This document shows, in pieces, positions 49,423 through 59,162 of a DNA stretch of 64,000 bases; position 1 is the stretch's first letter; each line of letters begins with the position of its first letter. The position numbers and the translations under genes were made by a program. The notes under the pieces were generated by a model that saw nothing but the letters and a program-made list of their open reading frames with translations, did no database searches and was not told where the DNA came from. Source of the stretch: an uncultured Thermoproteaceae archaeon (lineage in GTDB: Archaea > Thermoproteota > Thermoprotei > Thermoproteales > Thermoproteaceae); the NCBI GenBank assembly GCA_964342785.1, contig CAYFGI010000001.1, positions 38,928 to 102,927 of the forward strand. Reading direction: 5' to 3'.

Positions 49423-49686
49423 CTATATACTAGCTCTACCAGCTCTTTCGGCCTTGAGACATTCTGTACATATCCTAAGGAGCCCTCTCCGCACGCTACA
49501 CCTCTCGCACACAAGGCGCCCGCATCTATAACACGTCGATACGGCGTAATTGACTCCGCATAACCTACACAAAGTCTCCTCGCATGCTCTACAGTACCGC
49601 TCACCCATATCGTATCGACATACTCGCCGACCGCACTTAGTGCACACAAACTCGGCGGGTTCCCAGCCACATATCTCGCACAGCAC
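49423..49686 (-). CDS. 87-aa protein with tandem Cys-rich zinc-finger repeats
   Basis: Seven CxxC pairs form two similar halves: CEICG..x..CTKCGRRVC...CRAC and CRLCG..x..CYRCGRLVCERC...CTEC. Confidence 0.5.
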   Translation of the reverse strand: MLCEICGWEPAEFVCTKCGRRVCRYDMGERYCRACEETLCRLCGVNYAVSTCYRCGRLVCERCSVRRGLLRICTECLKAERAGRASI

Positions 49687-49771
49687 CGCCGAATGTCGTG
49701 AACTCTATTTTAAAATAGAACACTTGGCGATAGGGGAAAGGCCTTTGATCTGTTGTATTTGGGAGACAATC

Positions 49772-50653
49772 CTATCTTTTTAGGGCTTTTAGCACTAGCT
49801 GGGGTACCTCCATAGGCGTGTCCGCGACCGGTATCCCCGCCTCTCTGAGCGCCTTGACCTTGCTGTTAGCGTCGCCAGAGCCGAGCATGACTATCGCGCC
49901 GGCGTGCCCCATACGTTTCTCCGGCGGCGCAGTCCTCCCGGCGACGTATCCCACTATCGGTTTCTTGATGACGCCCTCGGCGTATAGCTTGGCTAGCCTC
50001 TCCTCCGCATCGCCTCCGACTTCGCCTATGGCCACTATGGCGTCTATCTCGGGGTCTTGAGCCATCATTAAAGTCGCCTCGACTAGGTCCGTCCCCACTA
50101 TGGGATCGCCGCCGACGCCTATTGCCGTATTTATCCCGAGCCCGGCGCGCGCCAGCTGATAGGATATCTCGTAGGTCAGAGTGCCCGATCTACTGACCAC
50201 GCCGATTCTGCCGGGCGTCTGATAGACCGAGTTGGGCATTATGCCCAGCTTCGTTCTGATCGGCGGCGCGACCAAGCCGGGGCAGTTGGGCCCTATGATC
50301 ACCGCCCCGCGCGATTTGGCGTAGTTGACGAAACGGAGCGTCTCATGGATAGGTATATGTTCCGTGATGACCACTATCAGCTTTATCCCGGCGTCCACCG
50401 CTTCGTAGACCGCCTCGGCCGCGAACTTAGCCGGGACGAACACAACGCTAGCGTTAGCGCCTGTAGCCCTAACGGCCTCCTCGACCGTGTCGAAGACCGG
50501 CACCCCGGCCACCGTGGTGCCGCCCTTGCCGGGCGTCACGCCGCCCACAACCTTGGTCCCGTATTCCAACATCCTCTGCGCGTGGAAGCTACCCTCCTTG
50601 CCGGTTATCCCCTGCACTATAACCTTGGTGTTGGGTCCGACTAGGACGGTCAT
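49772..50653 (-). CDS. sucD: succinyl-CoA synthetase alpha subunit
   Basis: [23 protein letters not shown] and the phosphohistidine loop MGHAGAIV. Confidence 0.95.
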   Translation of the reverse strand: MTVLVGPNTKVIVQGITGKEGSFHAQRMLEYGTKVVGGVTPGKGGTTVAGVPVFDTVEEAVRATGANASVVFVPAKFAAEAVYEAVDAGIKLIVVITEHIPIHETLRFVNYAKSRGAVIIGPNCPGLVAPPIRTKLGIMPNSVYQTPGRIGVVSRSGTLTYEISYQLARAGLGINTAIGVGGDPIVGTDLVEATLMMAQDPEIDAIVAIGEVGGDAEERLAKLYAEGVIKKPIVGYVAGRTAPPEKRMGHAGAIVMLGSGDANSKVKALREAGIPVADTPMEVPQLVLKALKR

Positions 50654-51798
50654 GACCTAGCTAACTCAACGGCTTTTTGTGCGGCCTCTTCGGCATTTTC
50701 ATACAACGGTATACCCAACTTGGCCAACATCTGCCTCCCCAGCTCCTCGTTTGTCCCCTTCATCCTAACTATTATCTTCTTGTTGGTCCCGCCGGTTTCG
50801 GCCAACGCCGCCTCTATGCCGGCCGCCACCTCGTCGGCCCGCGTGATCCCGCCGAATATGTTGATGAATATCACCTTCGCGCGGGGGTGCCTCAAGAGCA
50901 CCTTGAGCGCCTCCTTCACTACGTCGCGCGATGCGCCGCCCCCTATGTCGAGGAAGTTGGCCGGCCTCCCGCCGAAGTGGTACACTAGATCCATGGTGCT
51001 CATGGTCAGCCCAGCGCCGTTGCCTATTATCCCGACGTCGCCGTCCAGCTCGACGTAGTTGAAGCCTATCTTCTGGGCGTAGCGCTCGAACTCAGTGACG
51101 TCTCTGGGGTCCTCCTCGTAGGCCTTCTCGAGATCTGGGTGCTTGAAGAGCGCATTGTCGTCCACTATTATCCTGGCGTCGAGCGGCACGACCTCCCCCG
51201 ACTTGGTGACGGCCAAGGGGTTCGACTCAACAAGCTCGGCCTCGAGCTCGGTCATGGCTCTATACATCGCCTTCACTATACTCGAGGCTTGATCCCATTG
51301 GGGAGTCCCTTGCTTGAAGCCCAGCCAAGACACTATCGACCTCACGTGGAAATCCCTGAGCCCCTCGAAGGGGTCTACGTAGACCCTCTTGATCTTCTCC
51401 GGCTCCTTTCTGGCTATCTCCTCGATGTCCACGCCGCCTATGGGCGAGGCCAGAAATAGATAACGCCGCGACGCTCTATCTATAATGAGCGAGAGATACA
51501 TCTCCCTCTCCACCTCCTGGTACTCGGTGACGTATATCTTCTTGACGACGAGGCCCTTTATGGTCATGCCGAACATCTGCTTGGCCAACGCCTCGGCCTC
51601 CTCGGGCGTCTTCGCCACCTTTATGCCGCCCGCCTTCCCGCGGCCAGCCACGGTCACCTGCGCCTTGAGCACCACAGGCTTCCCTATCTCCTCGGCTATC
51701 TTCCTCACCTCTTGAGGAGTGAATGCAAGCTTGCCGAACGGTATCTTTACTCCATATTTGGCCAAGATCTCCTTGGCCTCGTACTCGTACAGCTTCAT
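50650..51798 (-). CDS. sucC: succinyl-CoA synthetase beta subunit
   Basis: [29 protein letters not shown] and [12 protein letters not shown]. There is a 4-nt overlap with sucD. Confidence 0.95.
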   Translation of the reverse strand: MKLYEYEAKEILAKYGVKIPFGKLAFTPQEVRKIAEEIGKPVVLKAQVTVAGRGKAGGIKVAKTPEEAEALAKQMFGMTIKGLVVKKIYVTEYQEVEREMYLSLIIDRASRRYLFLASPIGGVDIEEIARKEPEKIKRVYVDPFEGLRDFHVRSIVSWLGFKQGTPQWDQASSIVKAMYRAMTELEAELVESNPLAVTKSGEVVPLDARIIVDDNALFKHPDLEKAYEEDPRDVTEFERYAQKIGFNYVELDGDVGIIGNGAGLTMSTMDLVYHFGGRPANFLDIGGGASRDVVKEALKVLLRHPRAKVIFINIFGGITRADEVAAGIEAALAETGGTNKKIIVRMKGTNEELGRQMLAKLGIPLYENAEEAAQKAVELARS

Positions 51799-51952
51799 GA
51801 GGTTTCTGCTATGGCCTTGTTTTTAGCATTACCTACGCAGAAAGTCCTCTTCGTGTTTAGCCAAAGAGCTACTACATCGAATAAGCCTGATCTAAATTTG
51901 CGCCTATCAGCCCTCGGCGGATGGAGATAAAAACAGGCGAACGCAATCACGA

Positions 51953-51980
51953 TTTTTTAGCCTAAGGAAAAATTTATAGA
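51953..51980 (+). promoter_or_regulatory. mntH promoter: DtxR-box-like palindromic core plus TATA-like box
   Basis: In TTTTTTAGCCTAAGGAAAAA, the core TTAGCCTAA at 51957-51965 is a 9-nt palindrome. TTTATAGA follows immediately, about 20 nt upstream of the GTG at 51998. Confidence 0.4.
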
Positions 51981-51997
51981 CGCGAATCTAGAGCTCC

Positions 51998-53113
51998 GTG
52001 GACCTCATTGGGCCGGCTACCGTGGTGAGCGTTGCTTATATCGACCCGGGGAACTTCGGCGCAAATATAGCGGCTGGATCCGCCTACGGTTTGGATCTAC
52101 TCTGGGTCGTATGGCTGTCTGGAGCCTTGGCTATTATGTACCAATACATATCTGGCGTCCTAGGGCTTGGAAGCGGCAGGGGGCTTCTAGATCATATAAA
52201 AACTAGGTTGCCGCGCCTCTGGCCTTTCTACTTGCCTGCCCTCTTCGCCGTAGCTCTCTCGACGGATCTCGCCGAGTTCGTAGGCCTCATAATAGCCTTC
52301 GAGCTGCTGTTAGGTCTCCCGATATATCTAGCGGCTGTACTCGGCTCTATAGATGTGGTTTTGTTGCTCCTCCTGGGGGATAGAGGGAGGATCTACTTCA
52401 TCGCCATAGGCGCGTTGGCGTCTATAGTCGGCTTGAGCTTCCTTCTAGAGCTGTTGTTCATAAGACCGGACCTAGCCCCGGTGCTCTATCATTCGCTCAT
52501 CCCTACCCTGAAGAGCGGAGAGGCGCTGTATGCGGCGTCGATCCTAGGCGCCACCGTGATGCCCCACGCCGTGTTGCTACACTCGCATATAGTCGAGGGG
52601 CTGGATAGGCGAAGCCACAAGATCCAGACCCTCTATAATTTAGGCGTAGCCTCTGCGGTCAATGCGGCTATGCAGGTGGTGGCCGCGTACGCCCTCTACG
52701 GAAAAAACGTCGAGATCTCCACGGTGCCCAAGATCCTAGAGCCCCTATACGGACCTCTCGCCGGCCTCGTCTTCTCCATAGCGTTGCTGTCGGCCGGCCT
52801 CGCCTCGTCGGCGGTTTCCGTCCAGGCAGGGACCTTGATCCTAGAGCGCGCGTTGGGCAGAAAGGTAGCTAAATATAAGGCGAGGTTAGTGTTCAGACTG
52901 GCCAACGTCGTGCCGACCGTCGCCGTGTTGGCGACAGGCTTCAACCCGTTGGAGCTATTGGTCTATACGCAGGTCGTATTAAGCGTGGTGTTGCCCGCGG
53001 TGTTGTTGCCGCTGGTGTTCTACGCCTCTCCGTATATCTCGAGGCGTCTAGCCGTTGCGGCTTATATCTCGACGGCTTTCGTTATCCTTATAGATATACT
53101 GACCTTTGCATAA
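51998..53113 (+). CDS. mntH: NRAMP-family divalent metal (Mn/Fe) transporter
   Basis: VAYIDPGNFGANIAAGS is the NRAMP DPGN motif. The protein is polytopic, with MPHAVLLHS later on. Confidence 0.85.
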   Translation: MDLIGPATVVSVAYIDPGNFGANIAAGSAYGLDLLWVVWLSGALAIMYQYISGVLGLGSGRGLLDHIKTRLPRLWPFYLPALFAVALSTDLAEFVGLIIAFELLLGLPIYLAAVLGSIDVVLLLLLGDRGRIYFIAIGALASIVGLSFLLELLFIRPDLAPVLYHSLIPTLKSGEALYAASILGATVMPHAVLLHSHIVEGLDRRSHKIQTLYNLGVASAVNAAMQVVAAYALYGKNVEISTVPKILEPLYGPLAGLVFSIALLSAGLASSAVSVQAGTLILERALGRKVAKYKARLVFRLANVVPTVAVLATGFNPLELLVYTQVVLSVVLPAVLLPLVFYASPYISRRLAVAAYISTAFVILIDILTFA

Positions 53114-53531
53114 CATGGATATAGCGTCCATGAGGAGAGGCCACGAGATGAAAGACGTCAGACCTGAGCATTATCTTGAGGCTATCTACGCCTTGTCCAA
53201 GGAGGGCAAGGCGACTTTAAGCGCATTGGCGGATGCCTTGGGGGTCAAGCCGAGCTCGGCGCATAAGATGCTACGGAGATTGGACGAGGAGGGGTACATA
53301 ATATATAAGGGACGAGGCGGGATTGAGATAACTGAGCGCGGGCTGGCCCTGCTCGACGCGCTTAATAGATCCCATAAGGTACTCGCCGAGTTTTTCAAGC
53401 TCATAGGCGTAGACGAGGATCTAGCCGAGGCGGAAGCCGAGAAGCTGGAGCATTTAATGAACCCGAAGGTCGTGGAGAGGATCGCTGATCTCACGGAGGC
53501 GTTGAAATCGCTGAAAGGAGTCCTCAAGTGA
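53106..53531 (+). CDS. mntR: DtxR/MntR-family metal-dependent repressor
   Basis: PEHYLEAIYALSKEGKATLSALADALGVKPSSAHKMLRRLDEEGYI is present. The gene overlaps the mntH end by 8 nt. Confidence 0.85.
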   Translation: MHNMDIASMRRGHEMKDVRPEHYLEAIYALSKEGKATLSALADALGVKPSSAHKMLRRLDEEGYIIYKGRGGIEITERGLALLDALNRSHKVLAEFFKLIGVDEDLAEAEAEKLEHLMNPKVVERIADLTEALKSLKGVLK

Positions 53532-54016
53532 TGGAATCACGCTGGATGGACTTAGCGGTGTTTCTAGCCTCTCTGCTCGCGTTAGCCTTGAGGCCGGCCC
53601 TGTGGGGCTATCTTCTGGCCTTAGCGATATCGACCCTCTCCTTCAAAAGGTTGATCTGGATCCGCGCAAACATCGTCTATATATCGATGGCGTTGTTAAT
53701 CTACGCCGTGGCATTCGCCGTAGATCTCCTCACAGGACCCAAGGGGTTGCCCGCTGATCTCCTTGTGGCTGACGTGCTTGCTCCAGTCGTGGAGGAGGTG
53801 GTCTTCAGAGGATTGGCGTTCAAGGTTCTGCCTCGGTGGGGCGCCTTCTTTATCTCTACGGCCGTATTCGCCGTACTTCACCCATATCCTCTTTTAGCTT
53901 TCGTCTACGCGTTGGCGCTTACATTTGCGTATCTGGGAGGCGGGCTGGCCGCCTCCATCGCGCTTCATGCCGCTAATAACATCATCTGGACTGCTATATA
54001 TCTAGGCCTTCTTTAG
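53528..54016 (+). CDS. CPBP-family intramembrane metalloprotease (CAAX protease/Abi-like)
   Basis: Motifs are EEVVFRG, FAVLH and HAANN. The start overlaps the mntR stop. Confidence 0.75.
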   Translation: MMESRWMDLAVFLASLLALALRPALWGYLLALAISTLSFKRLIWIRANIVYISMALLIYAVAFAVDLLTGPKGLPADLLVADVLAPVVEEVVFRGLAFKVLPRWGAFFISTAVFAVLHPYPLLAFVYALALTFAYLGGGLAASIALHAANNIIWTAIYLGLL

Positions 54017-54631
54017 CTCTATACAAACGAAACCGTAATGCTCGGCTTCATCTAATCCGGGGCTCTCCACTGGGTACTCCCTCTCCTCCTCGCCTTTAAG
54101 CGTGGCCGATATCGAGCTCAGCTTCATGCCGGCCCTGGCGCCGAACTGGACGACCTCAGACACTGTGTAGAACCTGGCCCTAGAGTAGAACGGATGCCCT
54201 AACTCGCCCTCGCGTCTATACCGCACGCCCCAAGGCGAGTCCCTGGGGACTATACAGGCGATAACCCGCTCCGCCACTCTCGACGCCTCCGCAATTAACG
54301 CAACTGGATCATCGGCGAAACACAGCGTGACTACGATCAACACACAGGGAAAGGCCCTATCCCTAAACGGAAGGCTCTCGCCTACCGCCGCGACGAGGTC
54401 GAGATCTTTAGGCGCTCGCCTCAACATAGCTGTCGACGGGTCCACCCCAGCCCTCAGCCCTAGAGGAGCGGCGAATCTGCCGGTCCCCACCCCCACCTCT
54501 AGGCCTCCCCTACACTCGAAGGAAGAGGCTGCGTTCAACTCGCTCTTGTATAGAGCCTCGTGCCTTACGTACCAGCCGTCATATTTATCGGCGAGGGCAT
54601 CGAAAAGGCCCTTGGTGCTCATATGCAACAA
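54002..54631 (-). CDS. class I SAM-dependent methyltransferase
   Basis: Motif I is GLEVGVGTGRFAAPLG. Confidence 0.8.
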   Translation of the reverse strand: MLHMSTKGLFDALADKYDGWYVRHEALYKSELNAASSFECRGGLEVGVGTGRFAAPLGLRAGVDPSTAMLRRAPKDLDLVAAVGESLPFRDRAFPCVLIVVTLCFADDPVALIAEASRVAERVIACIVPRDSPWGVRYRREGELGHPFYSRARFYTVSEVVQFGARAGMKLSSISATLKGEEEREYPVESPGLDEAEHYGFVCIELKKA

Positions 54632-54659
54632 TGTTATTTCCCCTTAAATCCCTTCGATT

Positions 54660-55061
54660 ATGGATTACATAAAGTGGCTTAAGTACATCGAGCTTCTGCT
54701 TTACGCCGCGGCGCTTATAGTAACGGCGATTCTAGCCGGCTACTCGTTCTACCTAGTGGCCGAGGGCTTGGTGGGCCTCGCCGGAAATACTAGCGAGTAT
54801 TCTATTTATTTATTATTAAGCAATTTATTTTTATTCATAATATTTATTGAATTACTTGATACATTTATAACATATATACAACATAAGGAGGTTATCGTTT
54901 ATAAGATAATCGACGTCGCGTTGGTCGCGCTCGCGAGAGAGTTGATAGTCTACATGTCTCCTGCTAACAGCTCCTTCGATATAGCCCACGCAAGCGCGTT
55001 AACGGCCGCGACCCTCGTGGTGGGCCTAGTCGATTACCTCCAGCATAGGCGATCCGCGTAA
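54660..55061 (+). CDS. PsiE-like small membrane protein
   Basis: FLFIIFIELLDTFITY...YKIIDVALVALAREL resembles the PsiE family. The central part is encoded by an AT-rich patch. Confidence 0.45.
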   Translation: MDYIKWLKYIELLLYAAALIVTAILAGYSFYLVAEGLVGLAGNTSEYSIYLLLSNLFLFIIFIELLDTFITYIQHKEVIVYKIIDVALVALARELIVYMSPANSSFDIAHASALTAATLVVGLVDYLQHRRSA

Positions 55062-55091
55062 ATCTTTATAAGGCGATTCTATACGGCGCCC

Positions 55092-55463
55092 GTGGATCTC
55101 AGATTGGAGCAGATCAAAGAGAATAAGTTGTTAGCCAGGAGGGAGGTTGTAGCGTTGATAACCCACGAGGGCGGCTCAACCCCGACGCGACAACAAGTAA
55201 GGGAAGCCATAGCGTCCCAACTAGGCGTTAAGCCCGAACTGGTCTTCGTCAGGAGGATCCTCACCGAGTTCGGCAGAGGCGCGTCTAAGGCCGAGGTGCA
55301 TATCTACGACTCCGAGGAGCAAGCCAAGGTCGTGGAGCCTCTATACGTGATAGCTAGGAACCTGCCTGACGGCAAGAAGCTCCTAGAGGAGGTAAAGAAA
55401 AAGAAGGCAGAGATACGCGAGAAGAAACGTAGAAAGAAGAAGGGCGCCTCTAAGAAGAAATGA
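55092..55463 (+). CDS. rps24e: 30S ribosomal protein eS24 (S24e) with Lys-rich tail
   Basis: NKLLARREVVALITHEGGSTPTRQQVREAIA...FGRGASKAEVHIYDS. Confidence 0.9.
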   Translation: MDLRLEQIKENKLLARREVVALITHEGGSTPTRQQVREAIASQLGVKPELVFVRRILTEFGRGASKAEVHIYDSEEQAKVVEPLYVIARNLPDGKKLLEEVKKKKAEIREKKRRKKKGASKKK

Positions 55464-55645
55464 GCGAGGCCAAGAAGCTCCCGAGGGCCGCCACTTGGTA
55501 TCAATACGACTACGAGAAAGGCACCATAAAGTTCCTCAGGAGGCACTGCCCGCGTTGCGGCTCCGTGATGGCGTACCACAAGGAGCCTGTGCCCAGATGG
55601 CATTGCGGCAGATGCGGCATGACGATCTTCGAAACCAAGAAATAG
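55460..55645 (+). CDS. rps27ae: 30S ribosomal protein eS31 (S27ae)
   Basis: Zinc ribbon CPRCGSVMAYH...WHCGRCG. There is a 4-nt overlap with rps24e. Confidence 0.85.
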   Translation: MSEAKKLPRAATWYQYDYEKGTIKFLRRHCPRCGSVMAYHKEPVPRWHCGRCGMTIFETKK

Positions 55646-55649
55646 ATAC

Positions 55650-56648
55650 GTGCTGATCCTCGGCGTTGAGAGCACGGCCCACACCATAGGGATCGGCTTA
55701 GTCGAGGATGGGAAGATCCTCGCCAATGTTAACGACACATATGTGCCTCCCTCGGGCTTTGGGATACACCCGCGGGAGGCGGCGGAGCATCACGCCAAGG
55801 TCGCGGTCTCTTTGCTGAAGAAAGCCCTCAATAGCTCGGGGAAAACCATCGACGAAATAAACGCCATAGCCTACTCGGCAGGCCCCGGGCTGGGTCCCGC
55901 CTTAAGGATAGGGGCAGTTTTAGCGCGTGCCTTATCTATCAAGACAGGCAGGCCGTTGGTGCCTGTACATCACGGCGTGGCTCACGTCGAGATAGCGAGG
56001 GCCTTAACAGGTAGTTGCGATCCGCTCGTGTTGTTGATATCTGGAGGCCACACAATGATAGTAGGGTTCGCTGATGGCAGATATAGGGTCTTCGGCGAGA
56101 CGTTGGACTTAGCCATAGGTAACGCGATAGATAAATTCGCCAGAGAGGCGGGGCTCGGCTATCCCGGCGTCCCCGCCGTCGAGAAATGCGCCGAAAACGC
56201 TAAGTCCGTCTTACCGCTGCCTATGAACATAATCGGGCAGGATCTGGCCTTCTCAGGCTTAGTCACGAGAGCTATAGAGCTATATAGGCGCGGCGAGGCC
56301 GATCTCCCCACTTTATGTAAATCCCTCATAGAGACCGCTTATTATATGCTTGCCGAGGTCCTCGAGAGGGCGTTGGCTTATACGGGGAAACGAGAGCTGG
56401 TCGTCGCCGGCGGGGTCGCGAGAAGCGCTAGGCTTAGGCGGATACTTGAAACCATAGCGGCCGATAGAGGGGTTTCGCTCAAGATAGTGCCGCCTGAATA
56501 CGCAGGAGATAACGGCGCTATGATAGCCCTCACGGGATATTACGCCTTCAGGAGGGGCGTGAAGACGCCGGTCGAGGAGAGCTTCGTGAGACAAAGATGG
56601 CGTTTAGATCAAGTCGACGTGCCTTGGTTTTACGATATATGTACCTAG
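55650..56648 (+). CDS. kae1: tRNA N6-adenosine threonylcarbamoyltransferase Kae1 (not fused to Bud32)
   Basis: ILGVESTAHTIGIGLV, VPVHHGVAHVE, LLISGGHT and AGDNGAMIA. Confidence 0.9.
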   Translation: MLILGVESTAHTIGIGLVEDGKILANVNDTYVPPSGFGIHPREAAEHHAKVAVSLLKKALNSSGKTIDEINAIAYSAGPGLGPALRIGAVLARALSIKTGRPLVPVHHGVAHVEIARALTGSCDPLVLLISGGHTMIVGFADGRYRVFGETLDLAIGNAIDKFAREAGLGYPGVPAVEKCAENAKSVLPLPMNIIGQDLAFSGLVTRAIELYRRGEADLPTLCKSLIETAYYMLAEVLERALAYTGKRELVVAGGVARSARLRRILETIAADRGVSLKIVPPEYAGDNGAMIALTGYYAFRRGVKTPVEESFVRQRWRLDQVDVPWFYDICT

Positions 56649-59068
56649 TACCTCAAGCGGCCAAACACCTTCTTCACGATCTCGGCGAATTCCTCGTCTT
56701 CGTCGATCTTATAGAGAGCCTTATAGACGGCGTCTAGCTTCTCCCTCAACACCTTCATCTCTATGGAGGCCACGAGCACCCTCGTGTTCAACACGGCATC
56801 GGGATTCACGGAGATACTATCTATGCCCGCCCTCACCAAGAACTCGACCATCTGGGGGTAGACCGACGGCCCTTGGCCGCATATAGACACCGTAAGCCCG
56901 TGTTTATGCGCCTTGTTTATCAGCTCGTGTATGGCCTTGAGCACAGGGGCCTCCCTCTCGTCGAAATACTTCGGGTTTATCCTAACGAGGAAGTCGTTGT
57001 CGCGGTCAACCCCCAGCGTGAGCTGCGTGAGGTCGTTGGAGCCCACCGAGAAGCCGTCGAAATACGGCGCGAACTCCTCGGCCATGAACACTATTGAGGG
57101 CACCTCGGCCATGGCCCAGACCTTGAAGTCACGATCGCGGTAGAGACCCTCCTCCTCTAGTAGCCGCGAGAACCTTTCGGCCTCCCACACGGTCCTCACG
57201 AAGGGCGCCATGACCCAGATGTTAGTGAGGCCCAGCTCCTCGCGCGCCTTCTTGACTGCCTTCAGCTCCAACCTAAATGCCTTCTCGTACTGCGGCGATA
57301 CGTACCTCGACACGCCGCGCCAGCCCAACATGGGGTTCCTCTCCTCGGGCTCGAACTTCTCCCCACCTCTTAGGCTTCTATATTCGTTGGTCTTGAAGTC
57401 AGAGAACCTCACCACCACAGGCCTCGGATATATAGCGGAGGCCACTTTGGCTATGCCCTCGGCCATCTTATCGATGAATTTCTGCTCCTGCCCTATAGAC
57501 AGGAGGTAAAGCGGGTGTTCTCCCACCCAACTCGATATGACGAACTCTATCCTCATCAAGCCTATCCCGTCGAAGGGGAGATCCTTATATTCGTCTATCT
57601 TCTCCGGCTCGCCTAGGTTCATATAGACCTTAGTCCCCGTCGGGATTGCGCGGTAGATATGAACTATTATCTCGGGGCTCGCCCTAGGCGCCTCCGCGAC
57701 CTTGGCCTCGGCCTTGCCTCCGGCCTCCACGGCGCCCAGCAGGACGACGCCCTTGGTGCCGTCCACCGTGTATACCTCCCCGTCCTTGAGCACTTGCGTC
57801 GCGTTGCCCGTGCCAACGACGGCCGGTATGCCCAGCTCGCGGCTGACTATCGCAGCGTGGCTGGTCCTCCCGCCCTCATCGGTCACTATAGCCGACGCTA
57901 TGCGCATGTAGGGAACCCAGTCTGGATCCGTCATCTTGGTCACCAGGATATCCCCCTTCTGTAGTTTCCTCTTAGCGTCCTCTAGAGTTAAGCAGATCTT
58001 GGCTCTGCCGGTGGCCACGCCCGGGCTGGCCGCTATTCCCTTCACGACGACGGTGCCGCCCTTTGCCTCCTCCGTCCGTCCTCTCTCCTTTCTGCTCCAC
58101 ACGGTCTCCGGCCTGACCTGCACCACGAAGAGGTTCTCGGGGAATTTCATGTCTGCATCAACCGAGAACTCTATGTCGAGAGGATGCCCGTAGTGGCGCT
58201 CCAGAGCCAGCGCCATCTTGGCGTATTCAAGCACCTCATCGTCGCTGAGAGAGGGGGCCACGGCCTTATCCTCAGGCAACTCCACCTCCTTGGTCAAGCC
58301 CTCTTCGTTCTTGACGACGGCCACCTTCTTCCTAGATATGCGCCTATCTATGATCTTCAACGTCGATTTATCCACTACGAATTCGTCCGGCGTCACTATC
58401 CCTCTGACGACCCCCTCGCCGAGCCCCCACCCTGCCTCTATCACTATCTTCGATGTATCTCCGTTGGTGGGATCTAATGTAAACATCACGCCTGCAGATC
58501 TTGCATTAACGAGCTTCTGAACTACGACGGCTATAGCGACGTCGTCATGCGGTATGCCCATCTGCTCTCTATAGTAGATGGCGCGCGCGGTGTAGAGAGA
58601 GGCCCATACTCTTTTTACGTAATCGATTACGTTCTCCGCGCCCTTCACGTTGAGATACGTGTCTTGCTGTCCGGCGAACGACGCCTCTTGTATATCCTCG
58701 GCTGTTGCCGAGGAGCGCACGGCGACGGCCACGTCCTTGACGCCGATAAGCTCGGAAAGCCGTTGATACGCAGCAACTATCTCGTCGGCTATATCCTTGG
58801 GCATGGGCGTGGCTTCCATCAAGCCCCTTATAGCGCTGGAAGCCTTCTCGTAATCCTCGGGCGAGCCGCCCTTAACCGCCTTAAGGATTTCTAATATCTT
58901 GGGGCGTATACCTGTGACCTCTATAAAACGGCGAAAAGCCTCGGCGGTCACGACGAAGCCGGGCGGAATCCTCGCTATCCTCGAGATCTCGCCTAGATTC
59001 GCCGCCTTCCCGCCGACTAGGTTATGATCTTTGCGCGAAACCTCGTGTAGCCATAGAATAAGCCCCAT
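56645..59068 (-). CDS. ppsA: phosphoenolpyruvate synthase (pyruvate, water dikinase)
   Basis: I start it at MGLILWLHEV..VGGKAANLGE. Phosphohistidine block is GGRTSHAAIVSRELGIPAVVG and the C-terminal PEP-utilising block is SVGSNDLTQ. Confidence 0.95.
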   Translation of the reverse strand: MGLILWLHEVSRKDHNLVGGKAANLGEISRIARIPPGFVVTAEAFRRFIEVTGIRPKILEILKAVKGGSPEDYEKASSAIRGLMEATPMPKDIADEIVAAYQRLSELIGVKDVAVAVRSSATAEDIQEASFAGQQDTYLNVKGAENVIDYVKRVWASLYTARAIYYREQMGIPHDDVAIAVVVQKLVNARSAGVMFTLDPTNGDTSKIVIEAGWGLGEGVVRGIVTPDEFVVDKSTLKIIDRRISRKKVAVVKNEEGLTKEVELPEDKAVAPSLSDDEVLEYAKMALALERHYGHPLDIEFSVDADMKFPENLFVVQVRPETVWSRKERGRTEEAKGGTVVVKGIAASPGVATGRAKICLTLEDAKRKLQKGDILVTKMTDPDWVPYMRIASAIVTDEGGRTSHAAIVSRELGIPAVVGTGNATQVLKDGEVYTVDGTKGVVLLGAVEAGGKAEAKVAEAPRASPEIIVHIYRAIPTGTKVYMNLGEPEKIDEYKDLPFDGIGLMRIEFVISSWVGEHPLYLLSIGQEQKFIDKMAEGIAKVASAIYPRPVVVRFSDFKTNEYRSLRGGEKFEPEERNPMLGWRGVSRYVSPQYEKAFRLELKAVKKAREELGLTNIWVMAPFVRTVWEAERFSRLLEEEGLYRDRDFKVWAMAEVPSIVFMAEEFAPYFDGFSVGSNDLTQLTLGVDRDNDFLVRINPKYFDEREAPVLKAIHELINKAHKHGLTVSICGQGPSVYPQMVEFLVRAGIDSISVNPDAVLNTRVLVASIEMKVLREKLDAVYKALYKIDEDEEFAEIVKKVFGRLRY

Positions 59069-59081
59069 ATGCGGTATTATG

Positions 59082-59099
59082 AGTGTTATTAATAACACT
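59082..59099. promoter_or_regulatory. 18-bp perfect palindrome over the ppsA core promoter
   Basis: AGTGTTATTAATAACACT lies 14-31 nt upstream of the ppsA ATG and includes the TATA-like TTATTAATAA. Confidence 0.5.
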
Positions 59100-59162
59100 T
59101 GTTCTACTTGCGAAGATCTACGCAACGTCTTCTGTCGATTATAGGCCTTATCTATAATTAGG

